From: Acidobacteriota bacterium
GTDB lineage: Bacteria > Acidobacteriota > Terriglobia > Terriglobales > SCQP01
Length of the DNA: 64,000 bases
Reading direction: 5' to 3'
Assembly (NCBI GenBank): GCA_021826505.1
Contig: JAKAZV010000002.1
Location: 231-64,230 of the forward strand
Part shown: piece by piece, positions 61,105 to 64,000 of the stretch
Layout: every line of letters starts with the position of its first letter
Numbering within the stretch: position 1 is the first letter of the stretch
Notes under the pieces: model-generated
Database searches by the model: none
The model's input: the letters and a program-made list of their open reading frames with translations, nothing else
Told to the model about the DNA's origin: nothing
Translations under genes and position numbers: made by a program

Positions 61105-62463
61105 TTATCCGATTCGCCGGCCGCGCCCGCGGCCGCGTCCCGGCCGGAACGGCGCGGCTTCGGCCGCCGGAGCCGGGGCCGGAATCAGGTGGAGTTTTTC
61201 CGCTTCCTGCCGCAGGGCAAGCGCCAGTTCGGACTCTTGATTCAACTCGCCTTGCAGCATGCGCCGGAACAGAATGCGGATCACCTGCTGAAACCCCTCG
61301 CTGTCGGGATTTGCGCCCAACTGGCGCAGCGCCAAAATCGGCAAGCGGGCGCGCAGCGGGGGCAGCGCGGTGCAAAATTCCTTCAGCCGCTTTTGCGAGC
61401 GCGGCAAGGACCCGGGCAGCATGGCGAACAGCGTGATTTCGGGCGGCGTTTTCTGCAAAACCTCATAGAGGCCACTCAGCGTCGCGGCCATCCTGGAAGT
61501 GATCTGTTTTTCCAGCGCTTTGGCCGCCTGGGGCAGTTCGCGCCAGCGGGCCAGGGGCTGGCTGAGCGGCAATTTTGCCAGCGCCGATTGCTCCCGGGCC
61601 GGCAGATGTCCCAGCACGCATTGCAAAATCGCCGGCGCCGGGTCGGCGGGCAGGCCGGCCGCGTTCAGGTCTTCCGCCAGCTTGGGCGCCTGGGCCATGG
61701 CGGCGAAGTTCATGGACGCCAGTTTCAGGGCCTTGCCAAACGCCGGGGCCAGAAGCTTTTCTTTCTGCCAGGCGCGCAGGATGCGGGCCGGATCCGGCTC
61801 ATACGCCAGCGCCTCCAATTCCCGGCCAAGCATCAGTGGCATGGCATGGGCGAGCAGGTTTTCCTCGCGCGCTTCCGCCCAGCGCGCCGCCGTGCGCTCT
61901 TCCATTTGAAATTCCAGGCGCGTAGCCAGCCGCAAAGCCCGCGGGAGCAGCACCGGATCCTGTTGGAAAGCCAGCGGCTGAATCATGCGGATCTGTCTGG
62001 CTTCGATATCCGCCAGCCCATTGGTGGGATCGAGCAACAGCCCCCGGGAAGCCGGGTTGAGCGAAAGACCGATAGCGTCAAGCGTAAAGCCGCGGCTCTT
62101 TAAATCCTCCATTACGCTGCATTTCCGCCATTGGGGTTTTCCGCCCGGACCGGGAACCCAGGTATGGGCGGCGCTCAAACGCAGCCGGGTTTGACGGCGG
62201 CGCAGCCGCAGGCTTTCCTCGCGCTCCCCTTCGTAGATCACCTCAAAGCCCTCCCGCGCCAGCGCCTTCTTCAGCTTTTGCGGGTTGCCGTCGAGGGTGA
62301 AATCAAGATGCCGGATGGGCCTCCCGGCCAGCAGGTCGCGCATGGGCCCGCCCGTCAGATAAAGGTTGATTTGCTGTTCGCGGCAGACCTGCTCCAGCCG
62401 CTGCACGGTCTGGTATTGATCCGGCAGCAGCCGGCGCTCGAGGGTAAATATATAGTCGGCCAT
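61105..62463 (-). CDS. CCA tRNA nucleotidyltransferase / poly(A) polymerase family protein
   Basis: 452 aa from MADYIFTLE.... Class-II nucleotidyltransferase head motifs (LTGGPMRDLL, HLDFTL). Arg/Gly-rich C-terminus. The 513-aa ORF extends upstream into the xer gene region. Confidence 0.7.
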   Translation of the reverse strand: MADYIFTLERRLLPDQYQTVQRLEQVCREQQINLYLTGGPMRDLLAGRPIRHLDFTLDGNPQKLKKALAREGFEVIYEGEREESLRLRRRQTRLRLSAAHTWVPGPGGKPQWRKCSVMEDLKSRGFTLDAIGLSLNPASRGLLLDPTNGLADIEARQIRMIQPLAFQQDPVLLPRALRLATRLEFQMEERTAARWAEAREENLLAHAMPLMLGRELEALAYEPDPARILRAWQKEKLLAPAFGKALKLASMNFAAMAQAPKLAEDLNAAGLPADPAPAILQCVLGHLPAREQSALAKLPLSQPLARWRELPQAAKALEKQITSRMAATLSGLYEVLQKTPPEITLFAMLPGSLPRSQKRLKEFCTALPPLRARLPILALRQLGANPDSEGFQQVIRILFRRMLQGELNQESELALALRQEAEKLHLIPAPAPAAEAAPFRPGRGRGRGRRIG

Positions 62464-62497
62464 GATGCGGCTTATCCTATCTGGCTTTCTCCGCGTC

Positions 62498-63472
62498 TCA
62501 GGCGCGGGGATGATGGCTGCGATAAACTTGCTGCATGCGCCGGGCCGCGACATGCGTATAGATTTGCGTGGTGGAAATGTCGGCATGCCCGAGCAGTGTT
62601 TGCACGCTGCGCAGGTCGGCGCCGCGCTCCAGCATATGCGTGGCAAAGCTGTGGCGAAACAGATGCGGGCTGAGCTTTTGACCCTGGCCGCGATCCCAAG
62701 CGTGCATGCGCTTCCATAGGGCTTGCCGACTCAGCGGCTGCCCGCGCGGGCCGGCAAATACCCAGGGACTGGGACGTTTTTCAGCTTCCCAGTAACGGCG
62801 AATCGCCTGCAGCGCGGCTTTGCCCACCGGGCCGAGGCGTTCTTTGTTCCCTTTGCCGCGAACCCGCAAAACTCCCAGCTCCAGATCGAGATGTTCGCGC
62901 CGCAGTTGCGCCAGCTCGCTGACCCGCAGGCCGCTGGCGTAGGCCAACTCGAAAAGCGCCTGGTCACGCAGCGCTGTCAGGCGCTCCGCCCGCGGCCGGG
63001 CCACCGGCGGCCGGTTGGCTTTTATCGCGACCTGTTCCAGCAACTCCCGCATGCCGGCTTCGGAGATGATTTTGGGCAATGGACGGTTGCGCCGGGGCGC
63101 CCGCAGCGATTCTGATGGATCCTGAGAAATACACCTGTCTTTGCGCAAAAACCTGAAACAGCCGCGAATCGCCGCCCAGGCTCGCGCCGAACTACTGGGC
63201 TTCAGACCTTTTTGCTGTAAGTAAAGCAAATAATGCCGCAGGTCCATCGGCTGGCATTGCAACAGCGGCAATTGCCGCTTCGCCAGCCATTGGCTTAATT
63301 CGGCCAAATCACGGGAATAGGATTCTAAACTATTGTTTGATAAGCCTTTTTCCGCGCGCAGATAATGTAAATAGGCTTCAGCCTCGGGAGGCAATCTTTC
63401 CCTGTCGGCATGTGGGCTTTGCCCCGCCGCTGGCTGGCCGGAACGTTTTCGAAATGGTAGCAGATTGTCCAT
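62498..63472 (-). CDS. Tyrosine recombinase, XerC/XerD family
   Basis: 324-aa ORF with an N-terminal SAM-like domain and the catalytic R...HxxR...Y pattern (...LRHSFATHMLERGADLRSVQTLLGHADISTTQIYTHV). Confidence 0.85.
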   Translation of the reverse strand: MDNLLPFRKRSGQPAAGQSPHADRERLPPEAEAYLHYLRAEKGLSNNSLESYSRDLAELSQWLAKRQLPLLQCQPMDLRHYLLYLQQKGLKPSSSARAWAAIRGCFRFLRKDRCISQDPSESLRAPRRNRPLPKIISEAGMRELLEQVAIKANRPPVARPRAERLTALRDQALFELAYASGLRVSELAQLRREHLDLELGVLRVRGKGNKERLGPVGKAALQAIRRYWEAEKRPSPWVFAGPRGQPLSRQALWKRMHAWDRGQGQKLSPHLFRHSFATHMLERGADLRSVQTLLGHADISTTQIYTHVAARRMQQVYRSHHPRA

Positions 63473-63659
63473 GAACTATAATTAAATCAATAACTTACAT
63501 GATTTTTTCTGCCCGCCGATTCAGCCCCATACTAGCATGATCCCTGAGCGGTTGTACAATCAATTCCGGCCGGCCGAATTAACGGCTGATAGACACCCTG
63601 GGAAATGGCGAAGCAAACAAAGTGGCCCTGCCACATCATGGCTGACTGATCAGGTCATT

Positions 63660-64000
63660 ATGGCCACTACACATAAAAAAGCCTGGATTTTATTGCGCGA
63701 TGGCGTCCGGAAGCAAGGCTACGTGGACCCCGAAGGTCTACCGGAGCACGATCCCGTACGATGGCTGGATCTGCAAGGCCAGCTGCGGCAAACCGGCCAG
63801 AACGAAATATCGCAGATCTGGATCGTGCGCGATTTTCAGGATCCGCTGCCGCTCGAGCGTAAAAAATTTTCCAGCCGTCCGCGTCAGCCCGGTTTATGGG
63901 TGCAATTGCAAAATCAACTTGGCGAACGCTCGGAAGCGCTGCTGGCGAACGATCTGTTATCTTGCATGCGGTTTGGCTTTTTGCTGCTCGCGCCGGGCGG
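63660..64000 (+). CDS. Hypothetical protein (5' part only, runs off the window)
   Basis: Open frame from the ATG at 63660 to the window end (MATTHKKAWILLRDGVRKQGYVDPEG...). No family recognised. Confidence 0.35.
   Translation, partial: MATTHKKAWILLRDGVRKQGYVDPEGLPEHDPVRWLDLQGQLRQTGQNEISQIWIVRDFQDPLPLERKKFSSRPRQPGLWVQLQNQLGERSEALLANDLLSCMRFGFLLLAPG

Overview
High-GC (about 65-70% by eye) chromosomal window, most likely from an Acidobacteriota genome. That guess rests on an ADOP-type duplicated FtsX permease, BNR/Ig-like secreted proteins and overall gene content. It holds about 49 protein genes and no rRNA, tRNA or CRISPR array that I could see. Gene content by coordinate: (1) 0.1-14.2 kb, minus strand: a respiratory complex I (nuo) cluster in the order A-C-D-E-F-G-H-J-K-L-M-N. 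(2) 14.4-22.1 kb: an accessory patch with a Uma2 nuclease-like protein, the ADOP permease, a hypothetical protein and a 1177-aa BNR/Asp-box plus Ig-like secreted protein. (3) 22.1-33.9 kb: housekeeping genes (inositol-3-phosphate synthase, metallophosphoesterase, pgl, DUF374, trpE, trpG, leuS, guaA) followed by an ECF sigma / anti-sigma / LTXXQ periplasmic triad. (4) 33.95-64 kb, mostly minus strand: an MdtABC-like RND efflux operon, glgC, pdxT/pdxS, ftsZ, pnp, rpsO, pyk, accA, dnaE, a CCA/polyA-polymerase family gene and a XerC/D-family recombinase. Observations worth a second look: (a) an exact 83-bp duplication of the nuoK 3' end brackets a 147-bp lower-GC, hairpin-rich insert between nuoK and nuoL and creates a chimeric 71-codon ORF. 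(b) The nuo cluster cleanly lacks nuoB and nuoI. (c) A dispersed intergenic repeat with core AGGGATMAGCNTCGCATAKC occurs five times, three of them inside the nuo operon. (d) A strong dif-like 28-mer at 33928-33955 lies exactly where gene orientation converges. GGGNAGGG octamers also flip strand there (13 of 13 by hand count), which suggests the replication terminus is in this window. I found no classical defence or mobile-element system. All functional calls come from reading the translated ORFs, not from database searches.
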